Source: Phoronis australis
Lineage: Eukaryota; Animalia; Phoronida
DNA: 64,000 nucleotides
Direction of reading: 5' to 3'
NCBI GenBank assembly: GCA_002633005.1
Contig: NMRA01000071.1
Coordinates: forward strand, 579,958-643,957
Part shown: in pieces, positions 1-13,100 of the stretch
Numbering within the stretch: the first letter of the stretch is position 1
Layout of the letters: each line of letters begins with the position of its first letter
Program-made: the position numbers and the translations under genes
Notes under the pieces: generated by a model
What the model saw: the letters and a program-made list of their open reading frames with translations, nothing else
Databases searched by the model: none
What the model was told of the DNA's origin: nothing

Positions 1-882
1 AGGCTCAGAACACGATTTGTAGCGGCTCTAAGAAGAGCACACATTGGCCAGTTGCAAGTCGCCATATCGAGTCTGACACATGCCGTGGCATGCTTTTAGC
101 AACGCCCAACCATTCCGTTTTCATTCAAAACATCACAAAAAGAAGATTGTGTCAAGGAAAGTAAACCCAATTATCAGTGCCTGGGCACCTTTTGTATCGT
201 CATTGATTTTCAATATTAGTTGAGTTATTTATATTTACCTATTAATTGCGAACGAATAAAACTTTGGTCGATCAATATCATGTATTCCAATATTGTGACT
301 GAGATGGTCGCGGCATGTTTGTTAAATCTAAATTGACGCAGTTCCCTTCCGTTTTATAAATCATTACTACTAAGCAATAGAAAGTGTTTATTTATTACCT
401 AAGTCATATTCCACAATAAAATTTTTATCAGTGTTTTAATTATGGAATGCAAGAAGATCGGATGTCTCAGTTGTGAATGTTCAAAAGTGTTACTGAGACT
501 CAAACACCCAAAACTACTATTGGTTCACTCCAAAAATACGCTTGATAAAGCTCTCAATTAACACTGTTCTAATGTGCGTTCATTGCTTATTGATTATTTG
601 AATATGAAAAACCATTCATGATACGCGATGGTTAATTGATCAGGACCAGCATGGGGTCAAAGTAGGCATTGCAGAGAACAGTTTGGTGTAATTAGTATTG
701 ACCAACATTGCACTTCTTTGCATGACTGACGCTAGCGTGCAGCAGCAATGTTTGCACCACTGCATACGTGGAGATACGAGTTAGGCTGGCTGCATACACT
801 GAAGTTTACCTTACGTCATTCCCGCACAATGCGAAGCTCAATACTCAATGAACTGTAAACTACGTACGTAAAATCCGGGAAC

Positions 883-1097
883 ATGTAGTATACTCGGTAT
901 ATACGGTTACAATGTAGTATACACGCTATAAACGATCATGTAGTATGCACGGTGTATACGGTTACAAAGTAGTATACACGGTGCATACGGTTACAGTGCA
1001 GTCTACATGGTATATACGGATAAAATGAAGTATACACGGTACATGTGGTTACAACATAGTAGAATTACACGGCATATACAGTTAAAATGTAGTATAC
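883..1097. repeat. Degenerate ~29-bp tandem repeat
   Basis: About 7 ATGTAGTATACACGGTATATACGGTTACA-like units. Confidence 0.8.
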
Positions 1098-1682
1098 ATC
1101 GATTCAAGGAAAGAATTCTTTAAGGGAACATTCGTACAAAACTGCTTACATTTTCATTTTGAACAATATTCTTGCTTTTCTGACTAAATTCAACACGGCA
1201 ATGTCTTACGTAATCTCGCGAGTCTTGCATTTTAGCGACGTCCTAAAGTTACTGAATGGGAGGCAGGACTCAGCGCAGGGTCATAGAAAGGTGCCAATAA
1301 ATTCAACTTCGACAAACTCCGGCGTACTCTGACCTCTTACGGCCCTTCTCCACACTGAAGTAAAAAGTCATTTACAATGAACAGTAACAGTTTTGAACCA
1401 ATTTGTGTGAGACCCATGACATTAAAACTGCAATCACAAAGCTATGTTATTCCACTGATGTTCATTGAGAAATGAGAGAGAACAAACATTGAAGAATTGA
1501 CCTACATTTACCAAATTATTGGAGTTTTAATTTTGACTCCTAAATTGCTCATTTTGGTCTATTACGGTGTTTCAATATTTCAATAGTATAAAAAAGCTGT
1601 AACAGAAATTGCTTAAAAAGTCCGTTTTTGTAAAGTTAAGATGAGTCACTTGTCTTCAGAAGTACCTGAGTACAAGGCAAAC

Positions 1683-2016
1683 GCTGCTGTAGTTCCATCC
1701 AATTGTGCTTGCCTCACATTTATAGTACCCGCTGTAGTTCCATTCAATAAAGCCTGCCTCACGTTTATAGGACCCGCTGTAGTTCCATTTGAATGTACGT
1801 TGCCTCACATTTATAGTACCCGCTGTAGTTCCATTCAATAAAGCCTGCCTCACATTTATAGTACCCGCTGTAGTTCCATTCAATAAAGCCTGCCTCACAT
1901 TTATAGTACCCGCTGTAGTTCCATTCAATAAAGCCTGCCTCACGTTTATAGTACCCGCTGTAGTTCCATTCAAATGTACGTGGCCTCACATTTACAGTAG
2001 GCCTACTCGCTGTAGA
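1683..2016. repeat. 45-bp minisatellite
   Basis: GCTGTAGTTCCATTCAATAAAGCCTGCCTCACATTTATAGTACCC, about 7 copies. Confidence 0.95.
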
Positions 2017-2335
2017 CGTCATTGTCAAATTATTAATTTTTTCATATGGTGATATAAATTACTAATTATGTGTGACGAATTATATGTGAAAATATAAGAA
2101 TGTCGAACGTGGGGGTCAATTTCCTTCTTGTTGTGTCCGTTTACTTGGAACATTATGATATTCAGATTTTATTCTTAAATGTAGGTTTTAATGACCCAGA
2201 CCAAAAACAAAACATTTGCTGTTACACTGCTTGCAGACAAGTTATGTCTATTCTTTAGGTTTGTCGTTTTTGTTCAGATCAGTACAAAATGAACTTTTAC
2301 CGCAAACTATCTTCATCAAAATGATGTCCTTTTAT

Positions 2336-2780
2336 CATCACATAAACACATCACAACATACATATATTCACATCACAACATACATATATTCACATCACAA
2401 CATACATATATTCACATCACAACATACATATATTCACATCACAACATACATATATTCACATCACAACATACATATATTCACATCACAACATACATATATT
2501 CACATCACAAAATACATATATTCACATCACAACATACATATATTCACATCACAAAATACATATATTCAGATCACAACATACATATATTCACATCACAACA
2601 TACATATATTCACATCACAAAATACATATATTCACATCACAACATACATATATTCACATCACAACATACATATATTCACATCACAAAATACATATATTCA
2701 CATGACAACATACATATATTCACATCACAACATACATATATTCACATCACAAAATACATATATTCACATCACAAAATACA
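2336..2780. repeat. 22-bp minisatellite
   Basis: ACATCACAACATACATATATTC, about 20 copies. Confidence 0.95.
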
Positions 2781-3010
2781 AGTTTTCGTAATCTCAGTCT
2801 ACACTTGACTGGTCAAGTTACACTTGACTGGTTTCAACTAAGCCGCTACATTGCTCAAAGGAATACCTGTGACAGCGACCTCCATCTACCTTCGATTTTA
2901 CATATTACTTCATTTTGTTTGAATCACTGACGTGTTATAGTTTATATATGAGCAGGTACGACCACAGGCAGTCTCATCAGTCGCTCGACGTTATATACTA
3001 TAATATATTA

Positions 3011-6000
3011 CAGGCCCGTAGGAAGGAAAAAATTATTGGGGGGGGGGGGGCACAAACCAATTTGACTTCGCCAAGCTACCCCCTTGCAATCTTCACTACG
3101 CCCATTCTCTGGATGTCACCATATTTGTATCGAACCCCACCCCCAAGTCCGCCATAGGTGGGGGTAATACCGGGGATGCAGCCATCATTATTTGAGTAAT
3201 CGTGAACCAACAAAGATTCACGGAGAGCAAGACTGGGTCTAGGCCCTCCCGAGCGCACTGACGGATAGCTGGAAGCTGTCTGAAGTAACTTTAGCTGGGT
3301 CGAAGGTCAAGGTTCCTTTTACTATGATCCAGTTTCGGGAAAACTTCATTTTATTATGGCCATTCTTTGAAGTAATTTTTGGAAAGGTGAGGTCCCGAGG
3401 TGCCTGGTATGAGTGCCTTTGTGGCCGTTTCAGAATACCTTGATGAAACACAGCCGGTAGTCCAGTTTCTAGTTGCTGAGGGAAAATGATATAGAGTTTG
3501 TCCCAAAAATTTACGCACATCAACGTCTGGAGTTCAAATTCAGTTCCTTTGGGTAACTGAGATTCTAAGCAGGCCTACTGCATGGTTACACCTTATTTTT
3601 AACCTGGGTGTGCCTATCATGACGTGCTCTGTGTAGGCGCGCACCTGGAAGGCTCGATGGCAAAGTGGACAAAAAGGTCCGCCTCAGAGAAACAAAAAGT
3701 CCGAGAAAAACGAAACAAAAGTCTGCTTAAGAGGCAAGAATCACACAACCCATAGCCCTGAACGAACCCCGTATTCGTTTTTTTCTTTAATAAAAGGTCC
3801 ACATCTTCAAAAATTCGAGCCCCCCTATATTTTAGGTTGGGTGCGCACATGGCGTGTGTGTAGTATGCACGGGAAATGCAAGCAAACGATTCAGTTTTGA
3901 AGAACAAAAATTCATTGCGCAATACTACTGGAAACCAAAAACATCAAGGAAGTTCAAAGACAACCTTTCCAAGTTGTTGACTAATAAATTTGATTTGATT
4001 TTATTTATTTAAATACTTAAATTTCGTTTTCGATCTACGGTTATTAAGCTTAAACCCAGTAATCTAGTTCCTGAGCCAATAAACAATTTATTGTCATTTC
4101 AATTGTGAGAACATTTTAGGACACATTTTTGAGCTGTCCTTCATCAATTTCCTTGAGACTTATTTCAGATAAACAAAAATCTTTATTGTTCTTTTATATT
4201 TGGAGATCTGATGATAGATTGAATTTTCCCAGTGTCGGTCTGCAATTAAGTTCATTGAAGTATTGTCATTTCTTACAAGATAAGCTTCTAATTGCCAAAA
4301 AATCATCTCTCAATCAGTAAACTTTCGTAGATACATAAACATGTAAATCAGAAACCAACAATTAAATTCATGAGCAATGCGTTTACCTTGATTTAATGAC
4401 TTAATTCCTTTTTAATCCCCTGTTAGTGACTTTAAACAACAAATCTTGTACCGAATTCAAAAAGCAATGCATTTATTGTCATTTGAATTGTGAGCAAATT
4501 TTTTGGCAAGTGGCTAAGTTTCATCAATGTTTTTGAGAGTTATTTTAGATAGGCAAAAAGCGTCCATGTGCACTTTACTATTTAGGGATCGGATTATAAT
4601 TTATGTTCCATATTCAGGCTTCAACTAAATTCCCTGAATCCTCATCATTTCTTAAAAGATTAGCTTCTAACTGCCAAAAATCACCTATTAACCTGTCAGT
4701 TTTCGTAGATACATAAACATCTAAATCAGAAACCAACAAATTTGTTGATTAAAGCGGAATGTTATAATCAAATTCCGCAGCCATGCTCGCAGACTTTTGA
4801 CGGGAAACATGGGGAATGTGGGAGATTGGGCATTCATAGTGACGTGTATTTTTGGTCTTTCCGAGGTATCTATAGCGGTTCACGAGTTTAAATTGACCTC
4901 AAAAAAAAAAAAAAAAAAAAAAAAAAACAGCTCAAATATTTGTTTAATTTGTTGCGAGTATTTAGGTACACTCATTTGACATGTATACGGTCACACCAAT
5001 GGTAGCCTCGACAGCAGTGTTTTCCACATGTGGTAATTCCTTACAAACAATTCATAGTAACCATCTCCAAAAGAGATGCTATTCTTGAGATAATATGGGA
5101 AACAGTAACATTATTTTATAACTAACCATCGGAAATAGTCCTTTTGCGTGATTAACAAACAGCGGTCTTCACGTTCTTTAGAATTCCTGATTTCCTTTCG
5201 ATGATGGTCAATCCTATTGTATTTTTTTCACATTTTTTGGTTGTTTGGGGCGAATGTCTTGATACTGCTGTGCTGTGCACGAATGTTTTGTGTTTTTTGA
5301 TGAATTTCGAATTACAACTTTCCTCGTGAATACTTGGCAGTGTCGGATTTAAGTATATAGAGGGACAAAGGGACATTTCTGCGAACTGCTCCACCGAGAA
5401 GGGGTCCCGTCTGAAATAGGACACCTTAATGATGAAAAGCTAAACATCATTAAGCTTGGAAAAGACTGGCAGTTCATTCCATTGTCGTGTGGTCAGACGA
5501 CGGTGCAGGAAGTGACCTTCTTCAACATGAAAGTTGGTTGCACGATTTCTCAAAAAACTGACGTAATCGAGTCCAACATTTGGTCCTCTCTCCGTGTGCG
5601 TACCCTTAAGAATTTGTCAATAGAAACATAAAAACTGTGGCCACTTGAATGTCATCAATGGCCTCCTTCAGACGTGGAGCACCTCTATGTAAAAGTATCT
5701 ATAATTTCAAAAATCAAGAAATGCGCAGCAATTGATGATATCTGTCAGGTCATCAATTTTTCTCAAGTGATATACAATTGGAGAAAAAAGCGAGTTTTCT
5801 CCGTTATCCCTTGCCAGAGAGGACCCTCTGGAAAAATATGGTTTTGCACTCGCAAAATTGACTTAGTGAATTTAAAAATCCAGTAAATTAATACGCTTCG
5901 CTTTACAAATTGTGTCAATTTTTTCGAAATAAATGCATGAATCATTACGTGCACGTTTCCAAGTGCATTTAGATAACCTGTGCTGCGAAAGCGGAGACCC

Positions 6001-6212
6001 CAACAATAATGTCCTGACCAGGGTCCTCCATGCACTGATACAGAGTTGTTAAATGTTCTCTTGAGTTTTATCTGTTATCCGCATTTAGCAGTATTTCTTT
6101 TCTCGACCGTCCCCGCCCCACGCGTATGTCGGTTGCCACGATTTAACCCTGACGCCTGAAATTTTTTTTTTGGGGGGGCGTGCCCCCCGGCCCCCCGCTT
6201 CCTACGGCCCTG
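3011..6212. mobile_element. 3.2-kb TIR DNA transposon with 5-bp TSD (hAT5/Tip100-like), non-autonomous or decayed
   Basis: Left end CAGGCCCGTAGGAAG, right end CTTCCTACGGCCCTG (reverse complement CAGGGCCGTAGGAAG). Perfect TSD TATTA at 3006-3010 and 6213-6217. G/C-run subtermini. Contains a nested MITE and an internal ~380-bp duplication. Confidence 0.85.
3581..3851 (-). mobile_element. MITE (CATG.GCACCCAG family) nested in the 3.2-kb element
   Basis: Reverse-complement similarity to the copies at 23478-23734 and 48303-48570 (GCACCCAGCCTAAAATA..GGGGCTCGAATTTT..GGACCTTTTA..GAGGCGGACCTTT). Confidence 0.75.
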
Positions 6213-6425
6213 TATTAAACTGTGTCACACGAGCGGCTGATTAAAGATGCTTGTAGTACGATATCCCAAGAAGTGCGTGCGCATTTAAGCAAAGGCACAT
6301 TTAATCGGCAGTCACTCGTCATGACACTGTAATGAATAAGGGCGAGCGGTTGATGAGTGCCTGTGATTTAAGTAAGGTTGTACCTGCACTAACTTATGGA
6401 ATGTCAATCGGAACAGTAAACAACT

Positions 6426-6578
6426 GGCGTGCGTTCAGTTGACGCTAGGACCTACGCTAGGACCTAGCTAAAATCTAGTCAAAGTCACGTGTTCTCGTTT
6501 GAAATACACGGCAATATCTCACGTAATTTTGCGAAGTCTTGCTTTTTAGCTAGGCCCTAGCGTTACTGAACGGGAGGC
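6426..6578. mobile_element. Short MITE (CGTTCAGT..CGCTAGG TIR family)
   Basis: Inverted ends CGTTCAGTTGACGCTAGGACC and GGCCCTAGCGTTACTGAACG. Related copies at 1192-1265 (+) and 18652-18772 (-). Confidence 0.7.
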
Positions 6579-7565
6579 TGGCTGGCTTGCTTTACGAAGG
6601 CTTTTATAGAAATGTATCTTCTTTGTGGCCAAGGAAGTCAAACCTTTCAAAAAGAAAGATAACACATTTTTTGAATCTCAAAAAGTATTTGCTTTCTCAC
6701 ACGTTGCCTTGGCCCTTGTTTTGTTTGCCAATTTTTTTCTGTCTTGTCTCCGTGTTTGACCGGAAGTAGTGTTTGTTCGTCATCGGAATATGAAACCGTC
6801 TCAAACATGCCACTCAACTCTCCTCAGAATGAGAAGCCAAATTTGAATAACAATAGCTTTGGGGAGGTCCCTCATTCTCAGAAATGAGGGATACAAAGCG
6901 ATGTGATGAATTAGCTTGCTCCACAAAACGATGTCAACTAAGTGAAATAGGTCACGTGATACTCATTGGCTGGCCCACAGTTGACAGGCAACGCAGACCA
7001 ACTGTGGATGTGTGCTTGGAGAAAATTTCGTTGCGTTTGAGTAAGTAAATTTAAAAGTGTGGTCATATTCCTTGAGCCAGGTTCATTATCTGTTAATATG
7101 TGCAAAATGCAGTGCCTCCTTCGTTTACGCAAAGTGAAGATGTGAGCTAGCCCGATATCTCAATTCGAACCAACTGCACGGCAAGCTTAAATTTAAGTTA
7201 CAATCAATGTGACAGGATTGAGTGTCGAGACTAGGATCTTTCATGAGATCCCGGGTCTTAGTGGAAATTTAAGGCTGTGTTTTTACCTGTTTAGTTGGCT
7301 AAAACGAAAATTGAATTAGGCCTTTACTCTCACAAATTTGGTCTCCTCACTGTCACAAAGATCAAACAAACCATAAGCGGCAAAAGAAGAAGTTTTAGAG
7401 TTCATTGGCGCTGGACAACCTTGAAATTTAAGTCGAAAATGGCGCATGCGTATCTTCTCACAGCCTGCAACTTAAGTTGGCAACGAAAATTGATTTGTAC
7501 CATATGTAAGGAAAACTATTTAAACCGATTTGATGAGAAGGAAAGGTCTAAAACAAATTTTGTTC

Positions 7566-7732
7566 TTAGTCAACTAAACAGGACACGGTGTGCAGCATTT
7601 AGTCAACTAAACAGGACACGGTGTGCAGCATTTAGTCAACTAAACAGGACACGGTGTGCAGCATTTAGTCAACTAAACAGGACACGGTGTGCAGCATTTA
7701 GTCAACTAAACAGGACACGGTGTGCAGCATTA
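7566..7732. repeat. 33-bp perfect tandem repeat
   Basis: TTAGTCAACTAAACAGGACACGGTGTGCAGCAT, 5 copies. Confidence 0.95.
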
Positions 7733-9570
7733 AATGGGCACTCTCCTTATAGCCACAGTCTAAGAGAAACCTATTGTCTGTAAAAACGGATCTCAAAAAG
7801 TTTACTTGATTTCCACCATCAGATGGAATGGCAATTGATCACTTGGTATTGACGTGAGCAAAGTTTTAATCCTAACTGAAATCGGGAGCGCGGGTTGGGA
7901 ATTGAAACAAAAGTTTTCAGTTTATAAAAACGTTCGAAGTCTTCTTCACGACTTAAAAACCCTTGTCTAACTCTAAACATAACGATTAATTTCTTTTGCT
8001 CTGATTCTTACGCATCTGTGTGAGGTGTATTCATCAGCTACAAATTTGTCACGAATCACACGAATGCACATACGAATCAAATAACAACTGAGTTGCTTTT
8101 AATCATACCTGAGTCGTATATGAATTCGTTATACACCACCAAAATATCTCACCTGGATATCAGCATGGTTAGACTATTCAGTTCTTATGACACATCTAAT
8201 TACGATTTTTAGAGTAAACAATGGAGATGTGTTCTAAGAACCAAGGAATTAGTATACGCTTATCATCCGATTCCAAGCATTCGCGCGGTATTCGTAATCG
8301 CTTCTATAAGTTTTTATTCAGTTCTGGACAATAATTGTGCGTATCGGGCTGAGTAATCACGGATCTGAACATTTGTCAATCGGTGAGAAGTCGTGGTCTT
8401 AGTAGACATAGGACAATACTTGTGGAGAAAAATCTTGACCCTTGGAATACTGAGTTATCATACAGCTTTCTCCAATAATTCCACATTCCAGCCTGGTTGG
8501 CTAATCATTTCGAGGCTTCGACATTCTCACCGAGGAAGTGACATCATGTGAACTCGAGCCGCCTTGCGCTAACGCCAGCCCAAGATCTTAACTGATTGAA
8601 ATCCTAACGAAGCTAATCCTAACGTTAAGCCGAACCCGAACCCTAACCGTCACTCACCATAACCCTTAACCTAAGGTGTGACGTCATTTTTGACTGTTCT
8701 TTAATTTGGTGATGATGCCGAACCGTCACCGTGTCCGTTGTGAAAGTTCATGTCACGTCAAACGCAAAGTTGCTCAGGAACACTCAAGTTTCTCTTGTAT
8801 AATTTTACGTGATCCATCATGGTATTATGGAACGCGTCTAGTGTCACCTTGTGACAATTAGTGATTCGGACTCATCTGAATACAATTAGGCGGATCGCAG
8901 TTGACTCGAAAAGGAATTTATCCGAAGCATGTCAAGTAGGCTATCAGTTTGACGAATATGACGTTGTGGTCTAATCAGTGATGACGTATGCTCTGATGTC
9001 AGTCATTTTACGCGCCAACTGAGCCAAAACCTGCCCAGCCAAAAGGTCACCCACCCACTGCACTGTCGTATTACTTGAAACAACGTAATCTGCCTGCGAC
9101 TTGCGGAAATGACACGACACAAAAGAATTGAGGAAGTTTTGAATGAAATTCTCGGATTTCCAAGTCGTGAAAACAGGCTGTCCAGCGAAAATAACGGAAG
9201 CGTGATTGGTTTGTTCAACAATAACCTTGACACTGATTGGTTATTTTAAGAACATCGACGCGTTCGACGACTTAACGCGTCACCTGGTCAGGAATTACTC
9301 GACACAAGGTGACGCTAGGCGCGTTCCACATCGTTCCACATGGTATTCAGTGATCTCGACAAAAACTAGCCGCGCTCGAGAATTTACATATTGTCGTCGT
9401 TTTCAAAACTGTGTTTTTTCCTGTATGAATCGGTTTGTGATATCCTTAAAGGAGAACGCCACCAAAAAAAAACGTATTTTGTATCAATTTAGATCGAGTG
9501 TTTCCACTCGACAACGGCAAGTTCAGTTCTTTTACTTGACACTAGACGGCAGACGGAGGTGCTGAAATTA

Positions 9571-9584
9571 ACCAATGACGTCAC
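9571..9584 (+). promoter_or_regulatory. Overlapping CCAAT and CRE (TGACGTCA) element upstream of the uncharacterised gene
   Basis: ACCAATGACGTCAC lies in a CpG-rich stretch ~600 bp upstream of ATG 10191. A candidate UTR donor at 10073 and acceptor at 10182 are nearby. Confidence 0.4.
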
Positions 9585-10190
9585 AGGTTCTAACACATTC
9601 GGCTCAGCAGTTCACAAAATGCTTCTGGTGTCAGCTTATCACTTGAATTCATCGTTTTACACCAATAAATCACCAAAATTCGGTGGAAAACGCTTACAAA
9701 TACATCGGGTTCTTAAACAAAAGAGTTGTTTTATTTCACTGTTACGGATTTATAGACATTTTGAACTTACCGTAGACTTTGACACTTTGATTCAGTTTTA
9801 CACAAACATTGGTTGGGGTGAGAATAATTCATTTTGAAACAGAACAATGGTGGTCACAGACACGGAAATATTTCACGGCCTCATACTTCGTATTAACGGC
9901 GTTCTTTCCATTATTTACTGCCGCGAATCCTTTTCGAAGCATTACGGATCCTCGCAGCTTCACGGTTCGTACAAGCGGGAAAGATAGTGGCACACACTCA
10001 GTTGAAGGAGCACTGACGTCGCTGCGTCGTGTACTCACCTTCCTCACAGGTGAACGCGACACCTTTCGTTAAGGTGTGATCGCCTGTATAGTGTGTTGAT
10101 GTGGATATAGACCGACTAAGACGGCAACAAAAACTAATTAAATCAGGTGACATTATCCTTTAAACGAATGTATTTACAGCAGGCTGCATA

Positions 10191-13100
10191 ATGTCTGATC
10201 ACAACCAGCGTTCACGGGCAGATACGTTTGTGAAATGGGCTTTGCATCGATTGGATGATTTGATTGACAAGTCCGATGTGGCATTGATGAAGATTACACC
10301 CGAATCTATTGAGGGCGTGCAGCAACATAAAGAGGTACAGTACTGTATAGAAACCCTTATTTCACAAATTGACTTCGGTTTGATTTGCATTATGTGCTTA
10401 GCTAAACCGACAATTCTTATGCCCGCCCTCGCACTTAAGCACGCACGCACGCACACATGTGGGTACATATTGGTGCCTTCTTTGTCTGGGCTTCCGGGTA
10501 TGGAGGGTGTGCCCTGCTTCCGCGGTCGTATCTCCAAAAGCTTTTGAAGGATGATTATAGCGAAAGTTGACAGCTGTATTCCTATGGAGATGACTATGGA
10601 TGAAGACAAAAGACCACGGCTTTCGGACGAATAGGAGTACCGTTGTGCACCCCAGTAGAAATTCTAACATCTTACGTTTGTCCCTGCATCATTGGAGTCC
10701 CTTGACGGATTTGAAAAATTATGCTTAAATTAAGGAATTACGGAAAATTTCGATGTATTCACCAAAGGCCCTTTTATCATTTAAGAACCTCTGTTTTGAT
10801 GTCTCTTTATGGAACCAAACTTTTGACGGATAATTACGAAAATTGGCAGATGTGAATGACATTGATCTTTGGATTCGTTTGACTGCTAAAGCGCCCCGTC
10901 AATCATTTCCAAGAACTGACAACCGTGTCCCACTTTACATAACGCTAAATAGTCGTGAGAGACCGTCCGGAGTTGATATATGGTGCAACTCCGGACGGTC
11001 TGGGGTCAACAAAAACCACAGTTCAACTGTGAGTCTACACCAATGTGATGAACGGGAGTAGTTCTACTTGCGTCAGCTGCAGGTATGGTTATCTCTTTTA
11101 TGACACACAATGTATGACTTTGCAAAGCGTTTTCAAAATAAATCAGTGGAGTCTGAGACAATTCTACGCTATGTTTTTCAAATTCAATATATTATGCGCC
11201 ACCTGGTGGCCATTTTTATTGTTCACGAGTTTTCCAAGTGTCCGCCTTCCGCATTACTACCTTCCAAGCAACTCAAAGGATCATTGTGAAAATTGGCAAG
11301 TCCGTTCCTGCTCAGAAGACAACGACCGATATGGTATGAGTAGTACGGCGTCCGCTAGTGGCAATTTTGTTATATTTATTCCATCCACGGCCCTTTCCCA
11401 TATACTTATTTCAGAATGTGTAAAACTTTAAGTGTATTTTTTATGAACGAAATAACCGATGACGACTTCTTTCGGGTCAGTCCAACTACCGGTGTGAACA
11501 GTTTTATTTTTTTTTTGCGATTGCCTCTGTATCTTAGGAATTACTTGACGGATTTTCATGAAAGTAATTGCGAATAGGTTTCTATTGGGGAGACGTCTTC
11601 GACGTCATATTTTTGAAGGATTCGACATATTCTACGCCCCCCAGCTGTCAGTGTTACGATACTAATAAGCTGCCCTAGGAGCATACCGTTTGCAGACCAG
11701 TTGTGGGACGGTATATTGTAACGTAAAATACAAACAGGTGACTTTGTCAGAAACTTAGACATATCTACAGCCTTATGACTCGGAGACCTGTTGGCAGGCT
11801 GCATTTGTCTCTTCTTTTGACACTCGTTGGTCCTGACAGAATTCTTGCATATCACCTCTGTCGCTGCTTTTTTGTAAAATATTTTTGTCGTGATTTAAGG
11901 AGCGACATGAGTTTCAGAAGTTGAAAGTAACTTGGGGGGAGGAGCGTGACGTATGTTAATTGTAAAACAATAAAAGACATGACTCTGAATGTTCGAGAGG
12001 TTTTCAGTTGCCAGTAATAATCGACGTGACTGTGTTTCAGAGGTGTATTCAGTGTGAGGCGGAGAAGTTGAGCTCTCGGAGGCCACGAATGTCTCGAGCA
12101 CGTGCTTCCATCCAACGGCGGAGTCTCAACTGTACCAAACCACTTGATGGCGCTAGTGTTGAGAAGTGTAGCCTCCCGGGACAGCTGAAGGTTGAAGGTG
12201 CCGTACTGAAACAAGAAAATGGCGTGGTAAGATGTAGAATATACGTCTGTGAACGGCTGAAGTGTCTCAACTGTTAACAATCAATACCACATCGAAAGCT
12301 ATTTGGAAAGAAGAAATCGTATGACTTCACACCCCACGATTTATAGCCAGTGACTGACAGATCTTCATCTGCTTGATGTCACATTAATCAATTTAATGCA
12401 GTTTTCAACATTATGTTTCAGTTAGTTCCAGTGCAATCCTCGTACAACCTCTTAACGACCGTATACTGCATGGCCGTGCTTGTGCCTCTGAACATCTTGG
12501 TAAGTCACGTGACACATTCTAAATTAATTACTGCTTACCATAATACAAGTTTTAAATAAATTTAAACTTCATCAAAGCGAGGTCGGTCAACAGGTAATTT
12601 TTCATACTCCAGTCATCAAATTTGGCAAAGCAATCCACTTGCTTTGCACGTCACGTGTGTCTGAAGATGTTCTTGCGTCATCTGCTTTGTAATATCCCTG
12701 GCTTCGTGGTAGGTTTGTGGTCTGAAGATACTACACAGAATGACGAATCAGCTGTACAGAGGTCCTAGACCGCGACACCTGGTGCCGCAACTGTCCACAC
12801 CAAGCAGTACTCGGCGATTCGTTTCACCCAAGAAGCGCTTACCAAGAAAGTCATCTGGTTCATTGTTCAGTAAACTAAATGAATGGTTTTGGACATTTTG
12901 TCAGAAGCGACCAGTGTCTCGCTTCAAGTTAACGGAGTCTGGTGAGTTGCGGTTGTTGCCATAACGCTTTGGCCTCAGAAGGCGTTTATTCTTCATCCTC
13001 TGAAAGCTCGCCGTGGTATTAAGTAAAAATGATTTATCGACTACTGGTATGTCCCTCGTAGGGATATCCGGGTTTGTTTTTGCTTTTCACTATAATATAA

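Noticed and set aside
1-164. Possible terminal exon of an upstream gene (open frames to 99 or 164, AATAAA near 255)
   Set aside because: Truncated by the window edge, with no recognisable motif and an ambiguous frame.
1641-2791. ORFs with repeating peptides (VVPFNKACLTFIVPA; HITTYIYSHHNIHIFTSQ)
   Set aside because: These are translations of the 45-bp and 22-bp minisatellites. The 45-bp array is open in several frames, and there is no splice or domain context.
7566-7732. 33-bp direct repeats of CRISPR-like length
   Set aside because: The units are head-to-tail with no spacers and no cas genes, in a eukaryotic context.
10843-11082. Extra candidate exon(s) of the uncharacterised gene (donors at ~11028 and 11082)
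   Set aside because: No acceptor gives a phase compatible with both flanking exons without a stop. It could be an alternative or UTR exon but is unsupported.
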